Origin: Catajapyx aquilonaris | Lineage: Eukaryota | Assembly: GCA_000934665.2 (NCBI GenBank) | Contig: JYFJ02003023.1 | Coordinates: forward strand, 1-47,336 | Direction: 5' to 3' | DNA: 47,336 nt | Made by a program: the position numbers and the translations under genes | In this document: positions 1 through 13,600 of the stretch, piece after piece | Position numbering within the stretch: the first letter of the stretch is position 1 | How the letters are laid out: every line of letters starts with the position of its first letter | The notes under the pieces: model-generated | Seen by the model: only the letters and a program-made list of their open reading frames with translations | Databases searched by the model: none | Told to the model about the DNA's origin: nothing

Positions 1-227
1 GCAAAGCACTTCCTGTCGGGCTTACGTTAGTTGCCCTGCCATATTCCAATACACCAATAAAACCGCAGTGGCTTCATTGCAGATGTGCCATTTTTTTTGT
101 TACTGTATATCACACGTTTGATATCATCTTGCTGGTCTTGACACCACCAAATATCAATGACAGTTTAGTCGTCTCACATGCAGTATGTTTTTAGGCCTAT
201 ACGCGAAGGTTGCAAACTAAAATTTAT

Positions 228-314
228 TTGATCTATTTGATAAGGAGGATGTGGGCTGATTTTCTGTAACAATGACAGAAAATCAGCCCACATCCTCCTT
301 ATCAAATAGATCAA
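228..314. repeat. Perfect inverted repeat, 40-bp arms with 7-nt loop
   Basis: 228-267 TTGATCTATTTGATAAGGAGGATGTGGGCTGATTTTCTGT is the exact reverse complement of 275-314. Confidence 0.95.
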
Positions 315-568
315 TTTCATCCTGGAATTTCTCAATGGTGTGCCTAACACCAAGAAGTGCTCACATTTACAATACATTACTACATGAAGTTCAGCAAAAG
401 TTCAGCAGTACGTCTATGTCATCTGAAACTTGAATCAATAGATTTCAGTGTAATACCACACATTCAATAAGGAATTATTCGCTCCTAATAAATTGCATTT
501 CAATTATAAAGCAGCTTAAATTCTTCAGAAACTTGTGCTTTTCCTTCTGAATACACCGGCGTACATTA

Positions 569-813
569 TCCTCCTGAGACCCAGAAAGATGTGAGTGACG
601 CAATGTTGCATTTTCTGAACATTTTGCCAATAAAAAAATGAGAAAAAATTATAGTTCTAAAATATTGACAAAAATAATGACAAAGAACCAATGAGAACAT
701 TAGGAATAAATTGTTGCTACAAAAGCAGAATGGATGAAGGCTGAAAATTTAAATAAATTTGAATAAATTGAGAACCTGAGGTATCACCGGTGATACCAGG
801 GGTCTGAGGAGGG
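569..813. mobile_element. Degenerate piggyBac-like MITE candidate
   Basis: Imperfect termini TCCTCCTGAGACCC (569-582) and GGGTCTGAGGAGGG (800-813); AT-rich interior; internal 18-bp palindrome GGTATCACCGGTGATACC (780-797); no intact TTAA TSD. Confidence 0.4.
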
Positions 814-1565
814 TATGTTGAACATAATTTCATATGGTACTGATTTATGCAATAGCATAATTCTTCAGACCAGTACATGAAATATCTCGTGTAGTGGCTT
901 ACTGCCAAGCAAGTGTTTTCTACCGTAAATGTGCCGCGCCATAAATGAAACTATCTTATTCTCTGTTCACTCGAGCATTGAAATCTCCAACTCTGGAATA
1001 CCTACTTGAAAAAATTATACTTACAGTTAGTGTATTTGAATATTTATATCTAGTACATATTTCATTGGCAATAAAAGTTAAGTGTTGACAGATAGATTTG
1101 AAATCGAATTCCTCTCCTCGTGACTGTCCGGTGGTTTTATCTGCAGATTACATCAATTCGCATGGAAAAGGGCAAATGGAAATGGTGGGGATATCCATCC
1201 CGCTAACACGACGCAGCCACTTTTCGTGGGGAGGTGTCCTGACCCCTGCGTAACTGTGCTTGACATGGCATGCCATGGAGGGAGGATTAGAAGATCAGAA
1301 GAAGGTAAGCCCTATTTGATGAACGGTTCATTGTATGTTTTGAGTATTTAAAAAGCATTCATATGGATGAGTAGCCATGTGTCATAAGTTACCTTGTTAA
1401 AGACAGTCCACAGACGGACCTTATCTAACTGATAACGACAGCACACCTGCCCACTACGTTTCGTACTAATGTTGGGAGCATCCCCCCGAATGTCACATCC
1501 CGTCACCCTGGCATGAACCCCCCCTCCGCATGTGTGATGTGCACGCATGATCCGCTGCCGTTCAG

Positions 1566-1573
1566 CGTGGGAA
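1566..1573 (+). promoter_or_regulatory. Promoter-proximal Su(H)/CSL site CGTGGGAA
   Basis: Exact high-affinity CSL consensus about 120 bp upstream of the inferred TSS; first of about 15 in the locus. Confidence 0.5.
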
Positions 1574-1683
1574 AGATGGTTGGACTGGCGGAGGGACATC
1601 CCGAGTGGGGCTTGGCTGATTGGGTGATGCCTGGTGGGTGGAACTACTTTCGAGCGCGCTTGGGCTTGAACAAGGCGGCCAAT

Positions 1684-1717
1684 TCAGTCGAGTCCGCGTC
1701 TGCGCTGCGGTCGGATA
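1684..1717 (+). promoter_or_regulatory. Inr + DPE core promoter of Notch (putative TSS 1686)
   Basis: TCAGTC Inr at 1684-1689 (A=+1); GGATA (RGWYV) exactly at +28..+32 (1713-1717); G at +24; 141 nt upstream of the ATG. Confidence 0.65.
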
Positions 1718-1826
1718 GGCGCACCGGCCTGTTTGGAAAGCACGACAAAACGTGGTGGTGGTTATGTGGAGGAGGACCATGTGTAGTGCGTAGTGCCGGT
1801 TTTACAATAGTGAGTGTGTGGGGACC

Positions 1827-1911
1827 ATGCATCACCCGGCTGGACGGTGGGCTGATGCCCGGATTTTAACCTGCATCCTCTTGATCGGACTCTGGATACG
1901 GGTTGCGGAAG
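1827..1911 (+). CDS. Notch: Notch exon 1 (signal peptide)
   Basis: ACCATG start; [28 protein letters not shown] with hydrophobic core; G|gtaag phase-1 donor matches exon 2. Confidence 0.85.
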
Positions 1912-4900
1912 GTAAGCTGGGCCTAGTCGGGATAGCAACAGATGGTTGGTGGTGGACGAACAATATGGCCTTAGTAGCCTCTCACAGTGTCAATGTACAC
2001 AGGTGCAAAGTATGGCGTGAAAACCTTTTTCCTCCCGCATGTTCATAGGAGAGAAAAAAAAGTTGGCGTGATTGCTTTTCTTCGGATACGTATCTATCCG
2101 CCTTTTTGGTTGGTAGTAATAACACGTCCTGAATCCGGTCGGGTTTTTTTTTTTTACCCCGTGATTTGGAGGCCCCACCTCCTTTAGCTTGGAAAAGAAA
2201 ACCCGTCTGACCTGCGGGNCCTGCTTGAAGCACACGAGATATGCAACTTTTGCAGTTGCCGTTGTTTGCAAGCTCATATTGACTGTGAGATAAGTCACAA
2301 AGGATGTGGGCGTCTATGTAATACAAAACGCGTCCGTTGCAGTTGACTTGCGACGAGTTTGCGCTTGGTTAGCAATTATTGCGACAATCCGCAATCTGGT
2401 CGGTCCGGAAGAAGGTTTTGCTTCCAGATGGCCTCTTTTCTGTGGGTTAGATGGGAGGGAGAGAGAGAGAGAGAGAAAAAAAAGAAATGATTCCAAGCAA
2501 AAGGAGTCTCGTAGCAGCTGCCCCTTCTTGCAACCATGGCCGTTGGTTGGTGGGAAATGGAATCTTGAATCCGGGGTTGCCACATCACTTGCGCTGCCCG
2601 GTGCTTGGCAGGAAATGGGGATGGACGTGAGTTAAAAGGGAACCCGTTGTTAGGGGTTTTTTTGAGCATGAAAAACGTATGTACACCTGCCTGAACGTTG
2701 TTGGTCAAGGACTCGAGTTGGCGACTTTTAAATGCAGGTTAAAAGGACAGATTTTTAAAATACATTGTTTACTAAATTTTCCGGCAGAAAAATGTTTTCT
2801 GGGGGTGGTGCAACTGGTCATGATGTAACGGAAAAACACCATTTTCAAAAATTCGTAACAGTTACGAAATAAGGGGTTACAATTCGGGGCTGGTGACCAT
2901 CGACGAATCGCGGCATCGCTTCTTGTCGTGCGTGACCGGAGCTGGCGACCCCGACTGACCCTCGATCATTGGCGGGGGTTTGCACGTGAACGTGAGGTGC
3001 GATAATTGTATCCGAAGCCTGCCTTGCATATAAGTTGGAATTTACGGACATTTTTTTTTTGTTGTCTTCTTTGCAACAATGTTCTCTTGCGAAAGTGGAC
3101 AGTAATAGGGTCGTCTCTGAGCAATTAAAGGTTTGTTTCCCACACTGGCGAGGAAGCCGGCCCAGCCAGGCGAGTCAAGCTTGGGCACCAGAAAACAGGC
3201 CTGGAATTATTCAGGTGCTGCGTATGAGGATCCGGATCCCCCCTCCCCCCCCCCTCCTGCCCTGACAACAAAGGCACCAGTGATTCATAATGTATCATCT
3301 CGACCTGCGTGATGTCTATCTACTGGGGCCATCACCTTCCTCTTCAAGGGGGGATGGTAGCTCACAATTAGTTACAGTGCAAAGATTTTTGGAGTTGAAA
3401 GGTCGAGTCACTTGTAAATACCCCGGTGTTTGAGCTTGTCGTTTTGTTGGGGATGACTCGTGGGAGTCGGGTTTTTGGGGCGGTTTTATCGCGTGAGGGT
3501 GACTTATGCGCAGGTATGGCTGGGGGTTTATCGGGGATGTTCCCACGGTGGCTGGGTATGACTTATTTTCACAAGTCTTGTCTAGACAAGCTTACGGAGT
3601 GACTATTTACTACAATTATCGGAATGAATCACCGGTAATTTTAAAAAAAGAGTGCATAAGTGCAAAAATTTCTAACGAGGAAGCTGGTGAAAATTGCAGT
3701 CAATCCAGTCAACAAACTAGCACAAGTAGACCTGCGGTAATTAATAATGGAGCATATCCAGTTTCACCTCTCTTTCTTTTTAAAAAAATTGTTTATTGCT
3801 CGGGTGGTCAGTTGCTAGTCTTATTGTATGCGTTACCTTTTGGTGACACCCAAGGGGAGAATTGGCATTGAAAGTGGGGTGCGACGTTTCGCAGCTGAAT
3901 ATTTTTGGCCAAAATCCGCGGAACTTCTTCGGGCCCGAATTGGCAAGCACAAAAGCTCGGCGGTTGAGCGTGATGGTCGGGGCCAGCAAGTATTGGCCGG
4001 AGTAAGGTCAGTGGCCACTGTCCTCCTCCTCCTCCTCCTTCTTCTTCACATTCGAAGGAGGAGGAGGAGGCTACCCATCCAGCCAACCAGACCCTGAAAA
4101 GAGAAGAAAAAAAACCACTTTGGCTGCATTCTTCTCTTTTAAACCGAAATAAAAATTCTTTCACCTTTTATTCGGCCGTCAAGACAAGTTGAATATGTCC
4201 GCCCAGAAAACCACGGTGAACACGTGCATATTAAAACCACCAGACGGCCAATATTTCAGCTTCAGAAAGTTCATGGTTGAAGCTGCTGGGTGGGCAGTAT
4301 TTTAAGGTCCGAAGGTGCCGGTTTGAAGCCACCACCAAACATCCCCACCCAGATAATCCGGAACCTCAATGCGTGTGGGCGTCCCTGTGTCTGTTTGTCC
4401 CCCTTCTTGGTGGGGTGACCTCCAGCTCCTCCCCTCCAGAAGCAGGAGGAAGGGGTTATATACATTTTTGGTGGCTAACTTGTGGGAACATGGGACACTT
4501 TTACACGTATCTGTCATTCTGGGCGAGACATTTTTGACGTCTGCTCCAGCCGCTTCCTTCCTGAACTCTTGACCCCTCGCCTGGGGACCGCGACCGTGGT
4601 GTTCGGTGTCGCCTGGAATGAGTCGAGCGGGCCACCAGATGTGCCATTTTTACATATTTGTGGCCTCCAGGAAGTGTATATGCCTAGGAGATTGATGACT
4701 GGGCAGTGTGCGTGCACAGCTCGTTAAATTAAAAAAAAAAAGGCTGAACGTTCATGGACATCAACAATCATGGACATAAAATTGTGCCCATGAACGCAAC
4801 AAATATTTAAACCAAAATAAATTAAGTCAGGCTGAAACTAATGTATGGCTTAAAAGCGCACATTACAACCGGTGAAACCTGACCGTCGCATATTAGGTTA

Positions 4901-7634
4901 ATCTTTATGCCTGGTAGAGTGTCAGTGCGATGAAGATACGCAGCGGCGTCATGGGAGATGAGACAAAAAAGGAGGAAAAAATGGTACGACAGCTGCGGAC
5001 AGATGACGAAGTATCTTCGTGTCGAGGCGTCGCAGCTGGAAAGACGTTGAGGGGACCCCCATTTTACACAGTGCTTCTCATAAACCTCGGTTTATCAACG
5101 GGGACTGGAAAAAAAAGAGACGTAAGCTAAAGTTGACTGCTCCCGGAAAACTTTAGGCGGAGATGAAAGGGACGACGGTCCAGATGCTGGAGATGTTTAA
5201 TTGCGACAAAGATGGGGGTCGTCAACTTTCGGGGTGTAATAGGAGAAGTTGACGGTAGCAGACAGTTCATGGCTGGATGTAGAGAGTTACTGGTAAGGAT
5301 GCCCAGGTTTTTGCAGTTAAGGCCGGAAAAAATGGGTAATGAGCTCGGGTTTCTTTGCTTGTTTATAGGCGATGTTTGTGTCATAATAAATTCGGGATGG
5401 ATTACAGCGCATATTTAAGCGACGAATATATAGGAAAACCTCAGGATGCGGCCATCTGCATACATGAATAGTGCGATAGTTACCGTAGACCGCAGTCACA
5501 ATAGCATGTAACGCCTGGAGGAGCACCCTTTTTTTTCCACCCTCAGGGTTTGGTTGGGAAAGAGTGCCCCGTGGGTCCCATAGGAAGGGGTTTTTGGGTT
5601 CGGTGGAGAGTGTCCAGACTCGAGACTATTGTGTGGCTGACCCCTAACCCTAAGCAGAAATGGGATGCACCCCAGGGGGTGAGGAGTGGGCGGATCGGAG
5701 ACAAAAGTTGTCCCTTCGAGGGATGGCCTAAGATGGCGTCGTGGGTCAGCACAAATACATGTGGAGTGCACTACATGATTTTTTTGGGGGTCGCGGTTTG
5801 TACCAACTGTTGGCTACGAGTGGGGTCGGGTAGGTCACAAAAAACGGTGCATATGCTTTAGCTGCCCCACTTACATGATGGGGTCAAATAAAAGAGTGTG
5901 TAAGTGGTTTTGGGCAGAAAAATAGGCGCTGCGCAGTTTGTATTTATACACTTTATGCTTTTAAAAAAATGAGCGTGACACTGCCATAATAATAGTGTCG
6001 GATGAATAACATACGGCCTGCAGTGCGTGTGTGGGAATGTAATTTTTTTTGGGAACTGGAGGTTTACTCCTCCGTGACTGCGGATGACCATTGGTGTCCC
6101 CTTTTTTTGTGGGTTGCTGAGAGGTTGTAGATGGGCAACAAAGGGGAAGAGGAAGCACGGGTGAGGGAAGCTGCAGAGAGGGCGACAAAAGACTGCCTCA
6201 TTGCCCATCATATCCTGGATTTTTGCGTTGGAAAAAGGAGAGTTGCTTCCGGATCGTGTGACCGGAATGGGTCGGGTCCATGGACAGAATCCTTGGTGAT
6301 GAGGGCAGCTGTCGCCCCCGATTTTCTTGAAAGCCACACGACCCTCTATCTAAGATAAACAACTGAGTGTTTGCCCCTCTTTTTTGTTGTTTCCTCGTAT
6401 GTGACATCACATGTGCGCGTGGGTCTCCTTGCGCAACTTTAGATAATGAGTTATCTCACAATTAACTTTGTGTTTTTTTTATATTCCAGGTGTGATCTCC
6501 TGCTCGCCGAATCCGTGCAAAAATGGAGCGACGTGTGTGTCGAATCCGAGAGGAGGAGAATCTTATTGCCAGTAAGTGCGGTTTTATTACCTGGCGTGTG
6601 TATAGGCAGAAGCGTGTGATTTATTATCAGACAAGAGGCATACTGTGGACTCGTATTGACTCGAGCCGCAGATAAAGCTAGTTATCTCCGGATAGCAGCT
6701 GCAGTGTCCGAGCTATTGATAAAAGCGGCTATCACGCCTCCTTGGATGTAAGTGTCATTGTCGGATTCCAGCACGAACAAGGCCTCCAGAATGACCAGTT
6801 TCAACAACATAGTTACCAAACATGGGCCGAGACGGGTGGACGTGCCAGGTCATGCGCTGGTCACTCCGGCTCGGTACAGCATGATGTAAGACGCCTGCTA
6901 TTCTTGACTTCTCGCGTGTTCTGGCACTATAAATAAAAGAGAGCCGGGGTCGTGATGAAGTGATGAGCGTGTGCAGGTCTTCACATACAACGTCTTGTTA
7001 GGAATGGGCGGGGGGGTTGACTAGTGTGGGCTGAGGTTGACCTCTTGGGGAGGATCACCAACCACATACTCCACGTTATGGACTTGTTACCGAGTCAATC
7101 TAACTGATTAGGCCACAGATCCCCCTCGAAGCAGATGTGAATTCTGGGGCTACGATAAGCGGGGGCTTTGTGTGTGTACTGCCCTTTTACCCCCTGAGAC
7201 AAATCAGTGTGTGGAGGGCGGGAGGACATGGGGGGCGGATTAATGGATATCTTGTTAATTAATCGACCGTATATTCCCAAGGGAAATGGGGGGAAGTCGT
7301 TAAGTGATTAAGGTGATAGATTTCGAAATTGTCGGGTTGGACAGGCCAGACTTGACCTTCTCTAGTTGGACAAGTGGCGTTGACCTCATTCAGGTTCGTC
7401 TTCATTCAGTAGCACAGGTCGTATACTTCCATTCAACGTACCGGCAACTTCCCCGCGCAAAAAAGCGACTTTTTAACTTTTGTTTTGGCGGTATTATTTT
7501 TCGCCTGACTTCATCCACCCTAGCACGGCATCGCACCTGTGCTTCCTGGGACAGTTGAAGGGAAGTGGACTGTGAAGGCATCCGGCGTCGGCCAAAGACA
7601 TATGTCGTTGCAATTGCACATAGAAATAACGCCA

Positions 7635-7671
<37 letters not shown>

Positions 7672-10600
7672 GGCTTGGGGCAAGTTGGAAATAGAATATG
7701 GGAGATTGATGTGTGCGGCTAATTAAGCTGCCAGGGGCTGACACTCATCATGGATGTGAGCAACGGCGTTTTTCGTTGTCTGCTTCAACTCTGGCTCCAC
7801 GGTACTGCCTTCTCATCATTGCTAACTGTGTGGGAATTAATTAGGAGCACGGAGGGACGATGCATCATACGTGTACACAAGGGCTGAGTGAGTGAAGGTG
7901 GCTGCCCAGGGTATTTGGTCGCCAGCTAGAAGCTGTCGAAAGATAAGGATTTATGGCGGGGGCATGGAAAGGGAATGCGGAGCGGGCAAATCGGTGGCTG
8001 GCTTTTCACTCCAGAGACTCTTGGAATGCACCAGTTCATCCGACAATCTGTTTTTGGTCGGTGATACCATCAACCCAGTAGCATGTACGGAGGTGCAGCC
8101 TCCCAAGCTCCGCATTGGTAATTACGTGATGAATATGTATCAGTCGACGCCCATCTTGCTGGAGGCGACTTCTGTGAAAAATACAACTTGGTTTTTTGTG
8201 TGTAAAATTGATTCTGTGAAAAATTTAATGTGATTAGTATTCGTGGTATTGTTTGTGTAAGTGCAGGTGTGGGTTCTGGAGTACGTCTGACCTTTGACCT
8301 GCCAGAGTCCCCTAGAATTTGGCAGGCGAGGAAGGAAGGAAGCCATCCCCCCAGTTGGCCGCGTGGCCCTCGCGTTTGGCCGCCCCACCGTGGGAACGCT
8401 CCCGACCAACTTTTTTTGCCCATGTGTTTCATGTCCTTTTTTTTGTTGTAATGTTAAGAGTAGGGGGATAGAGGGGAGGTTAGTACCAGCACTAAGCGGC
8501 AGTATGGCTCGTTACCTGGCGCTTTTCCACTCCAGGGACAGGTGCTGAGCCGGATCGAGAGGGGCTTTCACTTTGGGTGCTCTAGTGTTATTGGCAGATT
8601 GCTGGGACATATTCCAGTAATTGTTTTGCTAGTAATTTCAGGTAGCCTTGAGAGGGTTAATATGGCTAAAGAATGGTTTATGCGCGGTTTTTGGCCCACT
8701 GTGATACGCAGAGGCGGCCCTTTTGAGATTTTGAGGGTGGAAGCATATATTTCCAGTGTTTGGACAGGCGAATCATGTGTGGAGGACATGACAATTTTCG
8801 TGGGGTTTCGGGAGCCGTGTTTTTTTTCCATGTGGAAGATTAGTCGCAAACAGCTTCTACCACGTGGTAGTTGTCCCTTTTTTGCTTCCAAGTAATTCTT
8901 GAAAACACGCACGTGTGATGGCCGTCCACTTTATTTTCGCGTTTTTTTGTGGGCGACAGTGATTTACAGCGGGTGTCCACTGTCCAATTACGGGTTGTCC
9001 ATCGACTTACAGTCGTTAAGGTCTTAATCCAGAGGCGTTAATTTGGGTGTGCTGGATCGGCTGGTGTTCACTTACCTCAAAGAAATATATTTGGTGATGC
9101 AAAAAAAAAAGGGAATAAAAAGTGGAAGGTATGGGAAAAGGGGGNGCAGGCAGGTCGTGCGGCATTCCTTGACTTCCCGTGCCGCGACGTGATTTGTTAC
9201 CTTGCCCGTGAGCGATGGAGACGGGGGAATAAAAGTATTTGTATTCAGCTCGGCCGTCTTTTATGCTGCCCTTGCGCGTCCCGCAAACGGACATAACTCA
9301 TGATTGGTGATGCGGATAAAAAGTGCTTCTAAATATAGCATGTCAGCAAGAAAGCCGTAACTGCAAATTTGCATGAAATTTCCCCTGAATGTCCTGGAAA
9401 ATCAAGCCGATCACTTCCTGTACAAGAAAGGGCATTCGACCTCATCCAACCCCCGAGAGCAGAGAAACTACGAAACGATGAGCAGTGATGATAGGGTATG
9501 CAAGAGAACCCTGGAGCTGCGAGATCACGAGTTGATCCCAGAGGCGTAAGTGCGAAATGTTGCATGATCAGAGAGAACTTTCCTTTTTCTGGAGAGACCC
9601 CTCCTTGGGTCGTATACCCACCTCGGGCCAGGGGGGTTGGGTTTCTTTCCATGACCACGGAGCTTCTGGGAACTGAAAAAGGCTACCAAAAGTTCGGACC
9701 TGTTGCATGTCGCAGACTTCCGTGCGATTGGCCACTTTGAGCCATTGCCGAATGAGTGTGGGATAGGAACAGTTTTTGGCCCCCTTTTTCGAGATGCCCC
9801 GAGGCGGGTTCTCAGGAGGTGTTTCCGATGCGAACTCAGATCGTCTCAGCCCCCAGGGGCCAATGGAGAGAGGTCCCAATCATTTTTTCGTTTCAAATAA
9901 CATGGCTGGAGAGTGTGGTAGGAGAAAAGGGCAGGTCAGGGGCAATTGTATCGCGGTTATCTGTTGCGAGCAGCAGGAAGTTGAACAATTAGTGTTATCG
10001 TTAATTTGTGCTGTGAAATGCGAGCCTGATTTGAATCGGTGTAAATGTCGGCGCCGACTAAGTGGGTTTAGGATAATTTGGCGAAAAGTGAAGCTAACGG
10101 AACGTCTCAATTTACTCGGGTATAGCCTTGAGGAATTTTTTCTACGGAACATTAGTTACAGGGATCAATTCCGTGATGTATACATATGCTTATATTTAAC
10201 AGTCTGATCTTGAGCACCGTTAGTACGTCGAAGCAGATTACAATGGGTGGATTTTGTGTAAGTACAACCATACTTATGGGCGAGCCTTGAAAATGAGCAG
10301 AATGCCTTGGAAGGAGACTGGTTATGGAAATGAAGAGTATTGTACCAGGGAATTTTGATGAGAAGCCGATCTCTGCCGAGTTATGGCCGATGTTCGGCGT
10401 GTGCGTGCGTGGTTACGAGCCAGATGGTGAGAGTCAAGGGGTCATGACCGGTTACGCTATTGACAGACGAAGTACCCCGCAAGCTTATTTTTTCCCTCAA
10501 CTTTTACTTTTTATTGTGCCCTATGCTGAAGGCTAATGAGTCACTCGCCTGTTAGTGTCAACGACACGTTGGTATTTCAGTCACAAAATCTGTGATGCCC

Positions 10601-13600
10601 GACAGACTTGGATTGATTCCGAGGACAGCTACCGCTTACGTAATATGTCCGTGAAGAAGACGGACTGAATAATTCAATAAGGGCAAGACGGCGGCGGCGA
10701 CCTTACACAGGAGACGATAGGCCATTCGTCTTCGGACAGGTGATGTTAAGGAAGAGAAGACGTAGCCTTCACATGAGGATCGTGAAATGCGAAGTGGTCT
10801 GATGATGGTAATCGCGATGCCAACGTTCCCGGCTCTGTTTTGGCGCCACGTGCACCGCCCACCGTGCCTCAATTTGGGCTCTCATAGGAGGTAAAGTGGA
10901 GGGTGTCGAAATTGTTGCTGATGGGCATCGTGACCTGGCCTTTTGGGAACGGGTTCCTTCGCACCCATCTTCCACCAAAGGATTCACACACACAGGGAGC
11001 GCTCTCCCCTCCCTTCCAAAAAGTGTTTACAGAGTGGGTTGGGAGGATGCTTTTGTCACTTCTCACCTGGGGAAGAATTCCGATGGGCCAGGGGAGGTCA
11101 CCTTGAATAACACGTCCAACTTATTATTGAGGATTTTTCTCTTTGGCGTGACAATATTCCACGCCCATCGAGGGTCTGCAAGAAAAACCGGTCGCGAGGC
11201 TGGAGAACCAAAATGTCGCAACCTCGCCTTGGCCTCGTCCCTTCCAATTGAGGTCAATTTAGAGCGCCTTGGCAGAAGATGGCTGCCATGGCAAAGCTTG
11301 GGGCGTTGATCACACGCTCCGGGCACATGCCGCATGAGGGAAGTGGCCTATTCAAACTGATGCAGGTCTGGACCAATGGCGTGGGGGTGGGAGATGTCAT
11401 CTATATGGTCATTCAGGCCTGGGGATATGTAGTGGACACCATTGGAACACAAAGGGGATGGAAGCGGAAGATTGTTCCAAGAAGTAAGCATGTTCCGCAT
11501 TTAGGCAAAGTGTGAAGAATGTGGTGACTCACCGGGGGCGAAGAACGTTGGCGTCCTTTTGGAATCAGGCCGCTAATTCATCACACATGGGATTTAATGA
11601 CGGCAGGAGGGACGTTTAAATAATATATATAAAAAAGAGTTCTGGCCGCATATATAAAACCGGCATTTTTGGAAGGGTGGGATAGCGATATACCAGTGTA
11701 AAAAGTGATATTTATGGGGTTTGTTGTATAATTTAACCCAGCGGTGGTAGGAGTCCTGTAATCCTGCTGACGCAAGAGTTATGAAGGTAGTCAGCAGCTG
11801 AGATTTTGATATACAAGTATAATATAATAAGAGGGAGGGTTCCCTGGAAAACTTGGTGGGAAATAGTGTACGAAATGGATATGAGAAAGTACTTCCTACT
11901 TGTAGTGATGCAAGTATGTGGTCCATTTTTTTGCGCCCATTGTCAACACGGTTCTAGAACTGTGAAATTGTATCCGCCTGCGAACGACCACACGCAACGC
12001 GACATATGCTGTGGTTGCATCGGAGTTTCGCTGGGCAAACAAACACATGTCTCTCGGTTCAGGTCCATATAGCGCTGCATCATTTCTTTCCAATCCACCT
12101 GTTTGAGGGTGATGTGATGGGGACCTCTGAAAAGGCAGGGCCTCACAACAGCTCACGAAGTTGTCTTCAGGGGTGAGTTGCAATCCAGCCGAGGGTGGGC
12201 TTTATGACAGGTTTTGGGGGTTGCTTGTCTAAGGAGAAGGTAACCGGATACCATCTTTCAAACCTCTCTTTTTGTGCTGTGTTCTCCACCCTCCCCGCTT
12301 ACGTGAGGGGGGTGAGTCGCAATTATTTTTTTCCTAAGGAAGAGTTGGAAATATGTATACAGGTACGGATGCTGAGTTGTTTGCTCAGGAGGGCATGCAT
12401 ATCTGGCAGAAAATTTAACGCCATCATGTCTCTCGTTCACACTTTGTAAACATGTGCAAAATGTTTGCCAGAATTATCGTCACGTTTGCACCTTGCGATG
12501 GGGACGTATGAAAAAGCACTGAACACATGGTAAATTAATGCGAGGGGCATCATCCGGAACGATGAGCATCGCATAATGTTAAAATCTATGCAGGGAGGGT
12601 TAGAGCAGGGGGTAAATAATAAAATCGTGACCAATTCTTTGTTAATGCTTAAAAAAGGATCGATGGTTACTGTGGCCGGCAAGACTGGGCTACAAAACGA
12701 TCTCAATCGGTGGACAAGGGGGGAAACGTGGGAACTGGATCGAATGAGTCCCAAGAGTCAAAAAGTACGCGTCGTATGTACAAAAAATAAAATCGAAGGG
12801 GGTCCGGGGGGGTCAGCAGGACAGATTGAAAAACCGCGTGGATTATGTCCCGCTTAATTGACACTTATCGGACTGGAAAGAGGGCCCAGGAGATAACCTG
12901 TTGACATTGGACGATCATTTTTTTCCCGTGGAACCCTCAACCGGAGCGAGTAATTGCCGAATTTTTTTTTTGCACCCTGGATAAAGATCTCCTTATGCAA
13001 TATTTGCTTGGGACATTCCCGAATCAAAAGCTAATGATGGCGGAGTGGTAAAGCTTCCAAACAGGTTGTCGCTCCAGTAATTTATTTGGCGTAGTGAAAG
13101 GCATCGTTCCCACACCCACACTAACCAGGGGAAACTTCCCATCGCAGGGGATGGGAGAATAGCATCAGTTCATAGAACTGTTTGGGCGTGTAAACACAAC
13201 GGAATTGGGATTATAATTGCGGACGAGGTTATCTGTACATGTACAGTATATATAAAAAAGGATTCCCTGGGAAGATGGTAACAGTAGCAGGCACGGGCCC
13301 TGATTTCCTGGCTTTTTTTTTCCACCCCCGACCTGGTTGGAAAAATCTGGCCGGGTGGCCATAGGCCTCGGACACCACCTGGCTTCGGGGATGCCACAGA
13401 GGCAGGTGCACACTCTCCATTATGCCTCTTCATAAGCCTTCACCTCTTTGCCACCTTTGCAGGAATGCTGATGATACCGGAGGCATATCCGAAAAAGAGA
13501 CACAGAGAATTAGCGATTAGGCAAAAGTGGGCAGGTGAAGAGAGAAGAATAGGCGGCCTTGGTTCGTGGAGCCCCCCAGCTAATTCTTGTGATTGGACAG

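Noticed and set aside
1..420. Possible minus-strand coding fragments (e.g. HTIEKFQDEIDLFDKED)
   Set aside because: Frames are interrupted by stops and no consistent exon chain or homology could be recognised.
1147..1304. Exon-like segment (ctgcag| ... aag|gtaag) upstream of Notch with one open frame
   Set aside because: No recognisable protein and no partner exon. It could be a non-coding upstream exon but cannot be supported without transcripts.
5642..5653. CCCTAACCCTAA telomere-like repeat
   Set aside because: Only two units; compatible with chance.
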